The notes under the pieces: model-generated
Database searches by the model: none
What the model was told of the DNA's origin: nothing
What the model saw: the letters and a program-made list of their open reading frames with translations, nothing else
Shown: positions 1-15,445 of the stretch, piece after piece
Layout of the letters: each line of letters begins with the position of its first letter
How positions within the stretch are numbered: position 1 is the first letter of the stretch
Assembly (NCBI RefSeq): GCF_009914755.1
Contig: NC_060937.1
DNA length: 64,000 nucleotides
Source: the human T2T-CHM13v2.0 reference genome, Homo sapiens
Strand: one strand, 5' to 3'
Program-made: the position numbers and the translations under genes

Positions 1-94
1 CAGTTGACTATCTGTATTGTTGACTTAGAGAACATTATATTCATCCACTTTGGCCAAACTAATATTCGTCATCAAAACTCTCTTTTTTATTCAT

Positions 95-335
95 CAAAGT
101 CCAATTCAGATGACATCTCCTCCATGAAATCTCCCCTGATTAGTCATCAGAAGTGCTAATTTTTATCTGATGTTATTTTATACCACTCACATTGCACATT
201 TATGAACTGACTTTGTACCTATTATGTTTGTTTTTCAAAGGTGAGGATTATGTGTTGCTTATTTTCATTTTCTCTAGAATATAATAAAGGATCAGGCTCA
301 GAGTAGGCAATTAATGCATGTATGTTAAGTTTAAT
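95..335 (+). mobile_element. L2 fragment (degenerate)
   Basis: tcagatgacatctcctccatgaaatctcccctga resembles L2 tcaaatgtcacctcctccaggaagccttccctga; L2-like 3' end near 290-335. Confidence 0.5.
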
Positions 336-342
336 AGAATAA

Positions 343-734
<392 letters not shown>

Positions 735-740
735 TAATAG

Positions 741-1245
<505 letters not shown>

Positions 1246-1322
1246 TAGCTAAGAGCAGTGTCCGAACTAAGAACCAGAAGAGCCAAAATATAGAAATGGC
1301 TAAAAGTGACCCAGGAAAGCTA

Positions 1323-1788
<466 letters not shown>

Positions 1789-2136
1789 CTAAAAAGATGA
1801 GTGATTTCAGTGCTTCTGAATGGTGACCATGTGGTTTCTTCTTTATTGAGAATTTCACCCTAAGATCAAGCCTCATGGCAAAGCCTTTGTGAATGTAAAA
1901 AAGAAAAAAAGTTGACGTATGGGATAATTTGAGACACAGTGAAAAGCAGCCTTGCAATAATATGTTAAGCTGGAAGAGAATATGAGAATGTTGCAAAACA
2001 TAGCGTCTAAAGGAGACTTGATGGCAGTGTAAGCCCTGATAAGACGATTTACGCTTTAGCCATGAAAAAGACAGAGAAAGAACAGGAACACTTAGAAAAG
2101 AATAAGACTGGGGACAGTGATGAAAAATGCCATATA

Positions 2137-2420
2137 GGCCGGGTGCAGTGGCTCATGCCTGTAATTCCAACACTTTGGGAGGTAGAGGCAGGAGGACAGC
2201 TTGAGCCCAGGAGTTCAGGACCAGCCTGGGCAACACAGTGAGACTACTGTCTCTATAAAAAATAAAAAAAATTAGCCCGGCATGGTGGCATGTGCCTGTA
2301 GTTCCAGCTACTTGGGGAGGTGGGAGAGTTGGGAGGAGGCTGCAGTGAGCCATGGTGACGCCACTGCCTTCCAGCCTGGGCCACAGAGCAAGACCCTGTC
2401 TCAAAAAGAAAAAAAAAAAA
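2137..2420 (+). mobile_element. Alu (AluJ-like)
   Basis: gcttgagcccaggagttc diagnostic; A tail. Confidence 0.92.
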
Positions 2421-2540
2421 GCTGTATAATATTCTTCTCACTGTAACCTCTGAATAAGGGAAACACCATAGACAAAGGTCCTTTCATTTGGGATAATGTC
2501 TATTCCTTCACTACTTTAACTTACAAAATAGAGTTATGAT

Positions 2541-2692
2541 GGGGGGAGAGGGGAAGGATAGCATTAGGAGATATACCTAATGTTAAATGACGAGTTAATG
2601 GGTGCAGCACACCAACATGGCACATGTATACATATGTAACAAACCTGCACGGTGTGCACATGTACCCTAAAACTTAAAGTATAATAAAAAAA
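2541..2692 (+). mobile_element. 5'-truncated L1PA 3' end (about 150 bp)
   Basis: gatagcattaggagatatacctaatg...gtaccctaaaacttaaagtataataaaaa; TSD gagttatgat at 2531-2540 and 2695-2704. Confidence 0.93.
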
Positions 2693-3491
2693 TGGAGTTA
2701 TGATAGCAGAATAGTTTCTAAAAGCCTTGAAGAGGCTATAGTTAAAATGAATCCTTTGAAACGGTGCCAAAAACACACGTATTTCTAAATATTTAAAATG
2801 AAAGCATCTTTGTGCGCTTTCACTGTGAACTTTGCTCTTGTTCTAATAAAGCATTTCAGGATGATTCAGGCACTTAAAAATGTGTCAAATGGTCCTAACT
2901 CTATGGTTATTATCTATATAACCTTAGCTATCAGCTATGTTTATTTGTAAACTGTGAACACATGCATGTAAGTTTGTGCGCACACCCACACACTCCTGTC
3001 CCAATTAATCCTTGTGCTATGTTCAGATTGGCCATAGCCTATCCACAAGGTTGGATCCATTAGTCCCGAAGAAGATGGCCAGTCACCTACAGGGCTTTTT
3101 TTGTGTGTGATGAAGTAGCGACTCTAATGACCATTTTAAGACAGGAAAATCAGTACTATTGCACTCCATAAGAACTTAGTCAAGAAAGTGTTTTTCTCTC
3201 AATAGAGGAGTAGTTACATAAGTTATGGGAATACAAATCATATTACAGTGTATGCCTGCTAAAAAGAGTGGGGTAGAACAATACGTTTTGACATAGAAAG
3301 ACCTCCAAGATATATCAAGTAATAAAAGCAAGTCTTAAAATGACATATGGTGTGACCTTAACTCAAATTTTATCTCGGAAATGCTGGGTTTCCCATATAA
3401 GCCCACTACCAGTCACTCACTGTAATCCATTATCTTATTTTATTTTCATCATAACAGTGATGACCATCAGAACTTATACCATATGCTTATA

Positions 3492-4100
3492 TAGTAGTCC
3501 CCCTGTATCTGTGGTTTTAGTTTACCAACGTGCAAAAATATTAAATGGAAAATTCCATAAATAAACAATTTATAAGTTTTAAATTGTACACCATTCTGAG
3601 AAGCATGATGAAGTCTCTCGCTGTCTCACTCTGTCCCTCCCAGGATGTGAACCTTCCCTTTGTCCCGCACGCATCTCCACGCTGTAGCTGCTACCCATCT
3701 ATGAATCCCTTAGGAGCTGGCTGGCCTACCAGATAGATGGTCCCAGTATCACAGTGCTTGTGTTCACAGAACACTTATTTTCCTCAATAATGTGCTCCAA
3801 AGCACACGAATAGTGATGAAGCTGTGAAGTACTTCCTTTTAGTTAAAAGGTGAAAGTTCTCAACTTAATAAGAAAACAAAAAAATCATATGCTGAGGTTG
3901 GCTAAGATCTATGGTAAGAATGAACCTTCTATCCATGAAATTGGAAAGAAGGAAAAAGAAACCTGAAAAGGCATTTAAGTTTGTGGGTAGAAGGCATGAA
4001 CAGAGCGTGTTCTGATGGACAGCAATTGGTATAATCTGAGGTGTCAGGCATCCTCTTGGGGTCTTGGAACAGGTCCCCTGTGGATAAGGGGACATGACAG
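3492..4100 (+). mobile_element. MER44/Tigger7-type (TcMar-Tigger) non-autonomous DNA transposon, inserted in an L2
   Basis: Termini tagtagtccccctgtatc and gataaggggacatgacag; internal aaggtgaaagttctcaacttaataag resembles a decayed transposase N-terminus; L2-like flanks at about 3400-3490 and 4101-4235. Confidence 0.8.
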
Positions 4101-4238
4101 TAGTTTTGTTTGTTAAATTTGTTGCCTGTATTTTCCCATTAGAATGTAAATTCAAGGTCCCTGTTTTGTTCCCAGCACCTAATATGCCTGTCACAAGGTT
4201 GACTGTCAGTGAATATCTATTGAATGAATAAATCATTG

Positions 4239-4297
<59 letters not shown>

Positions 4298-4301
4298 TTT
4301 T
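4239..4301 (+). repeat. Compound (GT)n(AT)n(T)n microsatellite at an Alu tail
   Basis: Directly visible. Confidence 0.95.
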
Positions 4302-4585
4302 GAGACAGAGTCTCGCTCTCTTTCCCAAGCTGAACTGCAGTGGAGCCATCTTGGCTCACTGCAACCTCTGCCTCCTGGGTTCAAGCAATCCTCCTAGCTC
4401 AGTCTCCTGAGTAGCTGAGACTACAGGCACTTGACACCATGCCTGGCTAATTTTTGTATTTTTAGTAGAGATAGAGTTTCACCATGTTGGCCAAGCTGGT
4501 CTTGAACTCCTGACCTCAGGCAATCTGCCTGCCTCAGCCTCCCAAAGTGCTGGGGGATTACAGGCATGAGCCACTGCATCCGGCC
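4280..4585 (-). mobile_element. Alu (AluS)
   Basis: Full reverse-complement dimer. Confidence 0.93.
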
Positions 4586-4765
4586 ATATATTTTTAAAGC
4601 CCACATTTGTACATATGCACACGTATAGGTTAAAAAATGGAAAAAACATTGACAAGATACATATCAAACAGTTAATATGTATTACCTCTCCATAAGGGAA
4701 ATTTGTATAGCTTACTCTATTTCTGTACAGTGGAAATGTATTCATATATTCCTCGTTTAAATAAA

Positions 4766-4767
<2 letters not shown>

Positions 4768-4823
<56 letters not shown>
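4768..4823. repeat. (TA)n, about 28 units
   Basis: Directly visible pure dinucleotide run. Confidence 0.97.
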
Positions 4824-5162
<339 letters not shown>

Positions 5163-6261
5163 TTACCTCTTTCTCAGTGGCAAAGAGCCATTAAATGAAA
5201 AGTTTAAAAGCTATATGAGTTCAAATACTTAAACATTGCAAAACTTTGTAATATTGACTATGTTAGAATGAGTGAGTGAATGTTTTTGAGGCAAGAAAAG
5301 TCGATTTATATTTTATGACAATTTACAATTTTAGATTAAGGCAATAAAAGGACAAATCAAAACCCATTCAGTCAGAAGACTGTCCCACCGTGTGGAGGTG
5401 GGGGAGGGAACGTGATATAGAGTATGTTTTCTGCACTTCATTTTGTTTCTCAGTGATGCTCAGTTTAATTATGACTGAGTTGTATGAGATGGCTACTTAA
5501 ACTAATATACAGTCTTGATTGTTTAAGTCTCCTTGGTAGCAGGAGATTATATAAAAATCAGGTTTATCATTTGAATGGGGAGGTGAACTTTCTTGACTTT
5601 GATTTTTTTCAGCAGCAATTTAGAGTCGTGGACTGAGTTCACTGACTAGTTATCTGAGAGTATATTTGTTTGCATATTTTCCTTAATTGAATTGGGCATA
5701 GTGGTGACCCCAGTTGCATTGCTGTGTATGTGCCACTTTAGGTCCTGATTAAACTGTCTGAAGTTTATGCTTGAGGGGAGGAGAGATTTCCATGCAGATT
5801 CTAGACATGTAAAATGGAAAAAGTCCATCTAATTATTTTGCAAAAACATGAAAGCATGAAAGCATGTTTAAGGGAGTGTATGAGTTTTCCTTCTGTAGTC
5901 ATCCAATCTTTAGTGTAGGGAGGAATTTGTTGATTAGGGATTGAGATCCCTCTCACTCTAAGAGCCCAGGCACTGGCTCTTAGTTTTGGGGTTAGTGTCT
6001 TTGGACAGAGTACAGCCTCTGAGAGATCTCTGGGATGACTGCTGGGAGAGTTTACCACCCCCACTAACCCCTCGATGTCCCCAAATCTCTTTGTATCTCT
6101 TCTCTTTGTTTTTCTTCATGCCCCATTTCTTTTTCCCAGCCATTGACTGCTCTTCAGACAAAATTTGCTGCTGATCTTGGCCATGTTCAAAGTACATTTC
6201 CGTGTGTTGCAAGAGGTCACAGAGAGAATCAAAAGAGGAGGTTAATTCATAGTCAAAAAAG

Positions 6262-6437
6262 GAGAAGCTTTAATGGGCATGGGATTTCCGATTGGGGTTA
6301 TGAAAAAGTTCTGTAACTAGATAGTGGTGATGGTTTTGCAACATTGTAAATGTACTTAGTGCCACTTAATTGTACACTTTAAAATGGTTAAAATGATAAA
6401 ATTTATGTTATGTGCATTTTGCCACAATTTAAAAAAA
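6262..6437 (+). mobile_element. Old L1M (L1MB/MC-like) 3' end
   Basis: gaaaaagttctgtaactagatagtggtgatgg...gtacactttaaaatggttaaaatg...ccacaatttaaaaaaa. Confidence 0.8.
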
Positions 6438-6440
6438 TGA

Positions 6441-7034
<594 letters not shown>

Positions 7035-9807
7035 CTCCTATTTCTTATGTCCTAAATTTTTCATTTAAAAATTTAATAGGACCTAACACACACAAACAAA
7101 CACACACACACCCCACCACCACTACCACCACCACTAAACTTAAACAACTAGCAGGGGGCCCTGCTATTCATACGAATAGATGTTTGTGTTGACCAATGCA
7201 TGATCCCTCAGTTGGACCTTACTGTGGCCAGCAGCTTTCAGGAGGCTTTTCTGGGCTGAATAGAGATGAGGATGTTATGCTGTAAAATGCATCCAGGAAA
7301 TTTTCTTTAGGCAAAGCTTTAGGATAGGATATATTGCTATGTATGTGTGTGTATACCTATGCATGTAGGTGCAAGACCTAAATCACCTGAATCTTGCCAA
7401 TAAAAAGAGATACTTTGGGGCTGACTGATTCTTCATAAATAGCTTCTATTGCTTTCCAATTCAAAATGGAACTTTACTCATGGATTACTTTACTTTTCTG
7501 AATATACATTATAGAACTCTACCACTGTACTTTTCAATCTCATTGAACTAGCCAAACATTAACAAGTAATTGCAGAATTGCAGAAAGCGCATAAAGCAAC
7601 ATTTTCAATTTTTTTTTTTGCCATGATAGGGCTGTGTTAAAGTCAGGTTCCCTCTGTTGGCTGAGATGAGTGTTGTAGGTCTGAACTTTGGCAATGTCAA
7701 CAGGTTAGTTTTCGCATGCTGTTACCCCACTACCTCTCTTACTTCATTACTCTCCTTTCTTCTACCTCCTAAAAGAACTTTATCCTTGGAAAAGAACTGA
7801 GCCTTGATTCTGCAACATAGTCCTGGCAGGGAAGAAGAGCTACTTGCATATCAGCAGTGAAGCTTGGTTTTCCTTGATCTGGATGTAGAGAGCCCCTGAC
7901 CTTAATGACACATATTGAAGAGACAGGGCTAGCGAGAACAGCTGCTTAGCTAATCACACCAGCAGATCAGCTCTGGTCTCAGGGGTGCTAAGTAGAGCAG
8001 CCAGCTCACCCTCACAGGCACTGCTCTGCGCACACCCTGGATATCTTGTTCACATTTCTTTTCTGCAATAATAGTTCTTCATTCATTGTGTACCATAAGG
8101 ATAGATTTCATGAGAAGGAAAAGGCAACTACAACTCAAGTTTTGCAAAAGATATTTGACATTTCTGAATTTCATTAAGGAATTTGATTAAGGAATCAAGC
8201 AAAACTGCTGATTCTAGTAGCCTGAGCGTGACAGATGGTCAGTTTTTCATCCCTGGGTATTAACAGCCTCATTCCTCTCTCTCTTCTAAGGTTCCTTAAG
8301 ATCTTTCCTGGATCTAGTCAAATCACTTGATAATTCAGAGGTGATTCTGTCCTCTTAGGTACTAGGATCTGAATATGGTGCCTACAGATGCAGACATTTG
8401 GTGTCAGTGATATAGTGTGACAGGAAAGATGTCCTCTAACAGTTAGATAAACACTTAGTCCTAGTGATCAAGAAGATTTCATTTAAGAAGGAGTATTAAT
8501 CATTGGGTTAGAGTGATTCTCTCCTGCTCCACCCTCAGTCTGTTTAAGACAGAATTTACTCTTTCTGAACTCTTTGTTGTTCTAATACTACTGCTTTAAC
8601 CTTAAAATATTCTAAAAATGTTTTGCTATCATAAAAATTTAGCTTAAATAATAGTTTGATGATGGTTTATTGGTTCAGGCAGGCTTTACTAAGAACATCT
8701 AAGATCAAGATTGCCTTCTGTTTTCTCAAATATTTCCAGAGAGGGAGGGTTTGTTACTTTTTTCAGCCTTTTAATGACTCTTTCAGAGCACAATCACTTG
8801 TGAGATGGTTTGTGCCTGTGTCAGTGCAAACCTAAACTAGATAGGCCTTCTGCCATATATTCTTGGCCAACTTATGTTACTTCCTTACAGTGCCACTGTG
8901 AAGAGGGTTGCCAGTAGCCCCTCTTGCAGCACCTGCTCAGCAATGTCATAACTTGAAATATTTTACGACCTCATTGGAGAACCTGGGAAGAGGGTAAGGT
9001 AGAAAGGAGACTTTTTGATTATTTTGGAGAGCTGCCAGTCCTTTAGGCGGGTGGCCTGAAGAGGGAGTAAAGACACTCAGGGTCAAGGGTTCTCCAAGGT
9101 GACACTGTACCATTGTTCCAAGTCTGGTTTGCAAACCTTAAATATTTTTAGCCCAACAGAAAGAAATGTTTCTAAAAGGAGCTTTGCTGTCCATGTACCC
9201 CTAGGAATCAGACCATACTCAAAGCAACTACTGTCAAACAGGATTCATCTCTGACTTTGAACTCTTGTGTGGTGCTTCTTGGTATTAGTCCCTTCACACT
9301 GCATTTTCCTCTCTTATCTCTGGCTCTCTGTATTATATTCACTTCAGCTTGTCTACTCTCTTTTCACCTGCCTCTTCAAAGTAAATAGGTCTTAAATTAC
9401 CTTCATCTTTCAACACTTTGCACCACATCAGTCCCTTCTAAGAGTTCCCAGTTGCTTCTTTACTCAGTTCTAATTTGGAGCCCCTACTAATTTCCCCTTA
9501 TCTCTTCCTCCTTTCTGTATATACAGCTAACAACAATTGAGAACTTATTGTATGCACAGCATGAACATAGGAAAATTAAAGCACAAAGGTTGTATCTTTT
9601 CAGCTATCCAATGTATTAAAGATATTTTGATACCATGATTGAGCCATAGAATTTTTCTGATTGCCCATTTATTAATTTGCCTTATTCCATTTTTAGACCA
9701 ATTGACACGATAATAGCGAATAAGGCAGGACACACAGGGTTGTTGCTTGAAGAAGCGTATTTCAGGTAAATACATGCATCACTTAATTACTCTAGATTTT
9801 TGGTTCT

Positions 9808-9848
9808 TCAGATTTCAGTTTTCTTGTTCACTGCTGTATTTGCAGAGC
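9808..9848 (-). CDS. FLT1: sFLT1 alternative terminal exon 15b
   Basis: Acceptor gcgctAG|GC; with the exon 14 G it reads GSANTAVNKKTEI-TGA (13 aa, 718 aa total), matching my recollection of sFLT1-e15b. AATAAA on the minus strand at 9668-9673. Confidence 0.75.
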
Positions 9849-9905
9849 CTAGCGCAGTGCCAGACACAAAGCAGTGACTTATAAATATTTGTTAAATAAG
9901 TAAAT
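9820..9905 (+). mobile_element. L2 3' end overlapping the exon 15b acceptor
   Basis: ttcactgctgtatttgcagagcctagcgcagtgccagacac...ataaatatttgttaaataagtaaat resembles L2 ttcactgctgtatccccagcgcctagcacagtgcctggcac...aataaatatttgttgaatgaatgaa. Confidence 0.75.
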
Positions 9906-9950
9906 ATATGAGTATTAGGCTGATAGGACGTGCATTCTGGACCTTTACAA

Positions 9951-10566
<616 letters not shown>

Positions 10567-10734
10567 GAGACTTAATCTTTAAGGGCTGAGAATGAGCAGA
10601 TATTCATTGTTTTAAATACATGTTTATTGGTGCCCACTATATCATTTAAAACTGATGCTCATTTGTTCTCTTGTGAGTGAGGTGAGCTAACATTTAGTTA
10701 TGCTCAATGCTAAATGCCCATATGTTCAGTGTGC

Positions 10735-11110
10735 AGAGTGCAGGCTTCAGAGTCAAATTCTTCTGGTCTGAACCTTGGAGGGCTACTCACTAACTCTATG
10801 ACCTGGGACCAGTTATTTTTCCTCTCTATGTCTCAGCTTCCTCATCCATTAGTCTGTAAAACGGTCAGAATCATTCAGCAAACCTCACAGAATTGTTATG
10901 AAAAGCAAACAAATTAGCATTAGGTAAGTTCTAAAGCAGCAGCAGAAACCTCGCAGGTGCTTGTTAAGTAAAACAGATCTGTGGAATGTATCTAATAATG
11001 TCCCTACCTCAAAGGATAGTTGTGAAAATTAAATGAGTTATCTCCAAAACACTTAACACGGTGCCTTGGTACCTGGTAAACGCTCAATAAATCTTATATT
11101 GCTATGTTTA
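10735..11110 (+). mobile_element. MIR fragments (two)
   Basis: ctcactaactctatgacctgggaccagtta...tctcagcttcctcatc; ctacctcaaaggatagttgtgaaaattaaatgag...cgctcaataaat. Confidence 0.7.
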
Positions 11111-11280
11111 ATAGAGAAGACATATTAAGATATTATAAAATAAACACATGTAACACCAGAGAACAATGAAGTGATGTGCTCAATGACATGAGTTGTAAAT
11201 AAACCTAGACATCAGAAAAAAGGAAGAATCACTTCCCTGGAAGGTGAGAGAAGATCTTTCACGACATCAAGAATTAGTGG

Positions 11281-11578
11281 GGCTGGGCGTGTTGGCTCTC
11301 ACCTGTAATCCCAGCACTTTGGGAGGCTGAGGCAGGCAGATCACTTGAGGTCAGGAGTTCAAGACCAGCCTGGCCAACATGGTGAAACCCTGTTTCTACT
11401 AAAAATGCAAAAATTAGCCTGGTGTTGTGGCATGCACCTGCAATCCCAGCTATTCAGGAGGCTGAAGCACCAGAACCTGGGAGGCGGAGTTTGCAGTGAG
11501 CCAAGATTGTGCCACTGCACTCCAGCTTGAGCGACAGCGCAAGACTCCATCTCAAAAAAAACAAAACAAAACAAAAAA
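11281..11578 (+). mobile_element. Alu (AluS)
   Basis: Dimer with a small right-arm deletion; (caaaa)n tail. Confidence 0.93.
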
Positions 11579-13494
11579 GCATTAGTGGGAGGAGAATAAC
11601 GTAGTGAGAGGAAAGAGAATTTTTCAGGCAAGAACTGAAGGCAGCCCATGGCCCAGAGGACCGAAGGGAGAAGAGGAGAAAGGAAAAAGTGAGGAAGAGT
11701 GGTGTCAGGGCGCAGCAGGAAGTTAGTGCTAACGAGCTGGATGGGGCCAAGCAATCGAAGCCCTGAGAAGCCTGACAGCGGTGCTGGGAGTTGGGCACGC
11801 GCAGCAGACAGCATGCCAACCCCGAGGTACTCAGGCAGTGTGGTGTGCAAGGCCCTGTCTCTTCTTGTTTGGGTTGCCCTGGCCAAGATTATCTCTTGCA
11901 ATCCGTTCACATGCGTTCCAGGGCCTGCATGCTTAAGATCCCTTTTATTCCTGCTTGATGCCCTTTGGCTCAAGAATTTACTACTCAGCTTTTATAACAC
12001 TTTCTTAAAACTGCCTTTCTTCTGGTGAATGGCTGTGCCCCACTGACAGTTTTTTCCTGAAAGGAAATGATAAGGGAGGAAAAAGCTCCAACTACCCCAA
12101 GTAGGCATTTTATAGGCGCTTGTACAAAGCTTGAGCCCTTGTGTGTGCCTCACTTCCTCTCTAATATTTTCTTTGGAATGGGAGCAAGTCATCATTTAAA
12201 AAATAACAATGATAATGGACTGGATCCTATCAATGATCCAAGGTCACTAAAATTCTCTTGCTATATCAATCCTTTTTGAGCTGCCAGGCTTCATCTAAAA
12301 GGTGCACCTCAAGTATCTAAAGGACACACAGTTTATTTTCAGGGTTTTAAAACTCAGTCAAGCTGGCTAAAGGCTGAGTATATAACAAACTACTTTTCAG
12401 TCTTTGCAGGCCATGATCTTAATACTCTTCCATTTCAGTTTTGCAACAATTGGCGAATCAGGGATTATCACTTTGGTTACCTTTATTCATAGGTTTACAA
12501 AAAGAAATAGTCATAAAAGAGTTGGCAGTTTTGAAGATACTCATATATACAAACATAAGGGTCATCGTCATGGAGCATATTGCATTGGCTATTGCATTTG
12601 CTCCTGAAATGGGAATATTACGTATGGAACTTTACAGAAACTATATACATGGGGAAGATTATCTCCAGAAAATTAAGAAAGCCCTTTCCTAAAGGCTATA
12701 GTGGTTTTACAGAGTGAATAAAAGGAAGCGAGAGAAAGAAAATTGCTGACTTGGTATAGCTGAACTTAATAAGTGCTAAATTGCTAAATAGTAGCATCCT
12801 AGAATGATATTTATAGAATATTTTGTGTAAGACTTTATATGACCTGTTTTTAGATATTATTCTTTTGGTTTGGCCCTCAGAAGATCAGAGAAAGCTGGGT
12901 GGTGGAGGGGTGGTGGGGGGAGAATCTGTATTATTTTGTTTTAGGGTTGTTTGACATTTGAGCTTATTAATTAACTCTGATGCCTTCCAGTGAATTCTGC
13001 CAACTCACTGGACAATTTCTGTATAAATGAGGTGGGTCAGAAGGCAGCATTGAACAAGCCAAGACTATGGGCCAGCTTACGTTAACTCATTTAAACCTTA
13101 CCATATCCCTGTGTGGTCAGAATTATCCCAATTTTATAAATAGGGGAAAAAGGGCTCCGAGAGTAAGGAATAATGAGTTGCCCAAATTCTTATATGACTC
13201 ATGAGGGCCATGCTAGGACTCAAGCCCTGATCTCCCCAGCACACTGGACTCTTTTTTTGCATGTGGTAGCTGCTGAGACACATTCTCTTGCCTTGTCTCT
13301 CCTCTAGTCTCATAATGGTTCTAAGCTTCCCAAATCATTTTAACTCTGATTCTTTAACCCACTTCCAAATTATAAAAACTGAACTTATTTCACATTTACT
13401 TCTTTCAAAGAATCACTCAACATCCTACACTAATCTTTCATAAAATGGATTTTGTGATCAAGTAAGTTTGAGGAATACAGAACTTAGCACAGTT

Positions 13495-13814
13495 GGCCCT
13501 GTGCGGTGGGTCACACCTGTAATCCCAGCAATTTGGGAGGTCAAGGTGGGTGGATCACTTGAGGTCAGGAGTTTGAGACCAGCTTGGCCAACATGGTGAA
13601 ACCCCCATCTCTACTAAAAATACAAAAAATTAACCAGGCATGGTGGCAGATGTCTGTAATCCCAGCTACTCAGAAGGCTGAGTCAGGAGAATCACTTGAA
13701 CACAGGAGATGGAGGTTGCAGTGAGCCAAGATCATGCCACTGCACTCCAGCCTGGGCGACAGAGCAAGACTCCATCTCAAAAACAAACAAACAAACAAAA
13801 CAAAAACAAAAAAA
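13495..13814 (+). mobile_element. Alu (AluS)
   Basis: Full dimer; (aaac)n tail; flanked by aacttag-acagtt-like TSD. Confidence 0.93.
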
Positions 13815-14119
13815 CTTAGTACAGTTTACCAATTTCTTTCACAAGCTATTTATTCATGTATTTATTCATCCTTTTATTCTGGGAGAACCTCTCAAGGGAC
13901 TAGCTTTCCACAAAACTACCCATCTTGGTAGTGTGTCATCTTAGGCAAATCACTTTACCTCTTTGAGCCTAAGTTTTCCATTCTACATGTTAGACTAAAG
14001 ATACTCTAAAGGTCCCTTGAGCTTTAAAACTTCCATGATATGGGCCCCACCCCCATGCCAAATCGAGGCTTTTGTGCTACCACTATGAGTTTGCTAAGGA
14101 TAGCCTAAGATTTTCTGAA

Positions 14120-15120
14120 AACCATTTATTCATTCATTCATGGAACATTTATTTATTAATTGTCAAGTACTGTGTTAGGTTCTGAAGATGAAAAGACAAG
14201 ACATAAATAAGACAAATAAGATAAACTATCTATCTGCCCTCTGGAGGGGAGACATATATGAACTGGTGATTTAAAAAAATACATAAGAGAGGAGTAGAAA
14301 TATGCATAGGTAATACTGACACACATGAACTGATGATTTTTAAAAGTCTCAGCAAGAGAGAAGTAGAAACAGTTATAAGTAATAAAGACTCACGGAGGAT
14401 CTGCCTCCTATTTGTGGGAGTTGTGTAAGGCCTAGTTGGAGAGAGAACACCCAATCTGGGTCTTAAGGGATGCAACAAAGGAAGGGAAGGTACTCCAGGC
14501 GGAGAGTAAACAGGAACCAAAGAAAGCATAGGGAGTTTAAACAGCATAATGTCTGCAGTGATCTACCAGAGTTTGGCACTGCTGGAATATAAAGTTATAA
14601 AATTCAAGTCAGGCGACTCTGAGCATAACGTCGTAGGAGTAGGCAGGGGCTAGATATTGAGGGCATTCTCTGTCAGATTCTTGAACTTCATCGAAGTGTG
14701 TTAGGGTTGAAGAGTTGGAGCCGGTGGAAGACTTGAAGCAGGGAAGTGACATGTTCACAGCTGCATTTTATACTGTTGTGTTGAAAGTAGATGCAAAGAG
14801 AGATAGGGAGACAAGTTTGGAGACCACTGAAGGTGTTCAGAGGCTAGGTAATGAGTGTCTGGACCGAGAGAATAATGGGGAAGCAGAGAAAGGAATGGAT
14901 TTGAGAAATATTTAGTATTTAGTAGGTGTAATCTGCTCAGTCTGGTGATTGATTAGATGAAGAGGGCAAAGGAGAGACCATCACCTTCTAGTTTGGATGA
15001 TTAAATATTTGATGTCAGTATAAGAGGAGGTGCTACTTTATGGAGAAAAATGAAGTGATGTGATTGGTTTTGAACCTGCTGAGTGTAAGGTCTCTCTAAG
15101 ACATTTGCAGATATCTTAAA
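14120..15120 (-). mobile_element. L2 (degenerate, about 1 kb)
   Basis: Starts with reverse-complement L2 tail (attcattcattc...tactgtgttagg); gcagggaagtgacatgttcacagctgcatttt and gattggttttgaacctgctgagtgtaagg are L2-like. Confidence 0.65.
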
Positions 15121-15412
15121 ATTTGGAGTTGTTATACCACAACCCCATTCTGTGCATCAAACTCAAATGGAGGTTTCATTTTGTGTAGAGGACTTACATT
15201 TAAGGACTACTCCATATTGCTGTTTATTTGATTTAGATTGTTGGAATATTGGAAATAAATGGCAATTTTATTTTTAATAAAATATGAATATCAATTAAAA
15301 TCATAAATAATTTCATTGTACTCTTATTTAACCACAGATTTATGAAGCAGGCAATAGACAGTGTTTATACTTATTGGTTTAAGTCTCGTTGTTTTTAAGA
15401 GTACAGTCAGCC

Positions 15413-15441
15413 CACAGCGAGACTCCATCTCAAAAAAAAAA
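15413..15441 (+). mobile_element. Ultra-short Alu 3'-end insertion (about 18 nt plus A tail)
   Basis: acagcgagactccatctc+A10 between TSDs agtacagtcagcc at 15400-15412 and 15442-15454. Confidence 0.8.
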
Positions 15442-15445
15442 AGTA

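Noticed and set aside
3790-3960. Tigger transposase N-terminal remnant as a possible domesticated gene
   Set aside because: Contains stops and frameshifts and lacks the catalytic domain; an ordinary non-autonomous element.
3865-4359. 164-aa ORF
   Set aside because: Runs through Alu tail, (CA)n, L2 and antisense MER44; a composite artefact.
11359-11973. 204-aa minus-strand ORF and overlapping 109-121-aa ORFs
   Set aside because: The C-terminal part is antisense Alu translation (AQAGVQW...), the rest has no recognisable domain, and there is no splice or retrocopy signature. Likely chance ORFs in a GC-richer patch.
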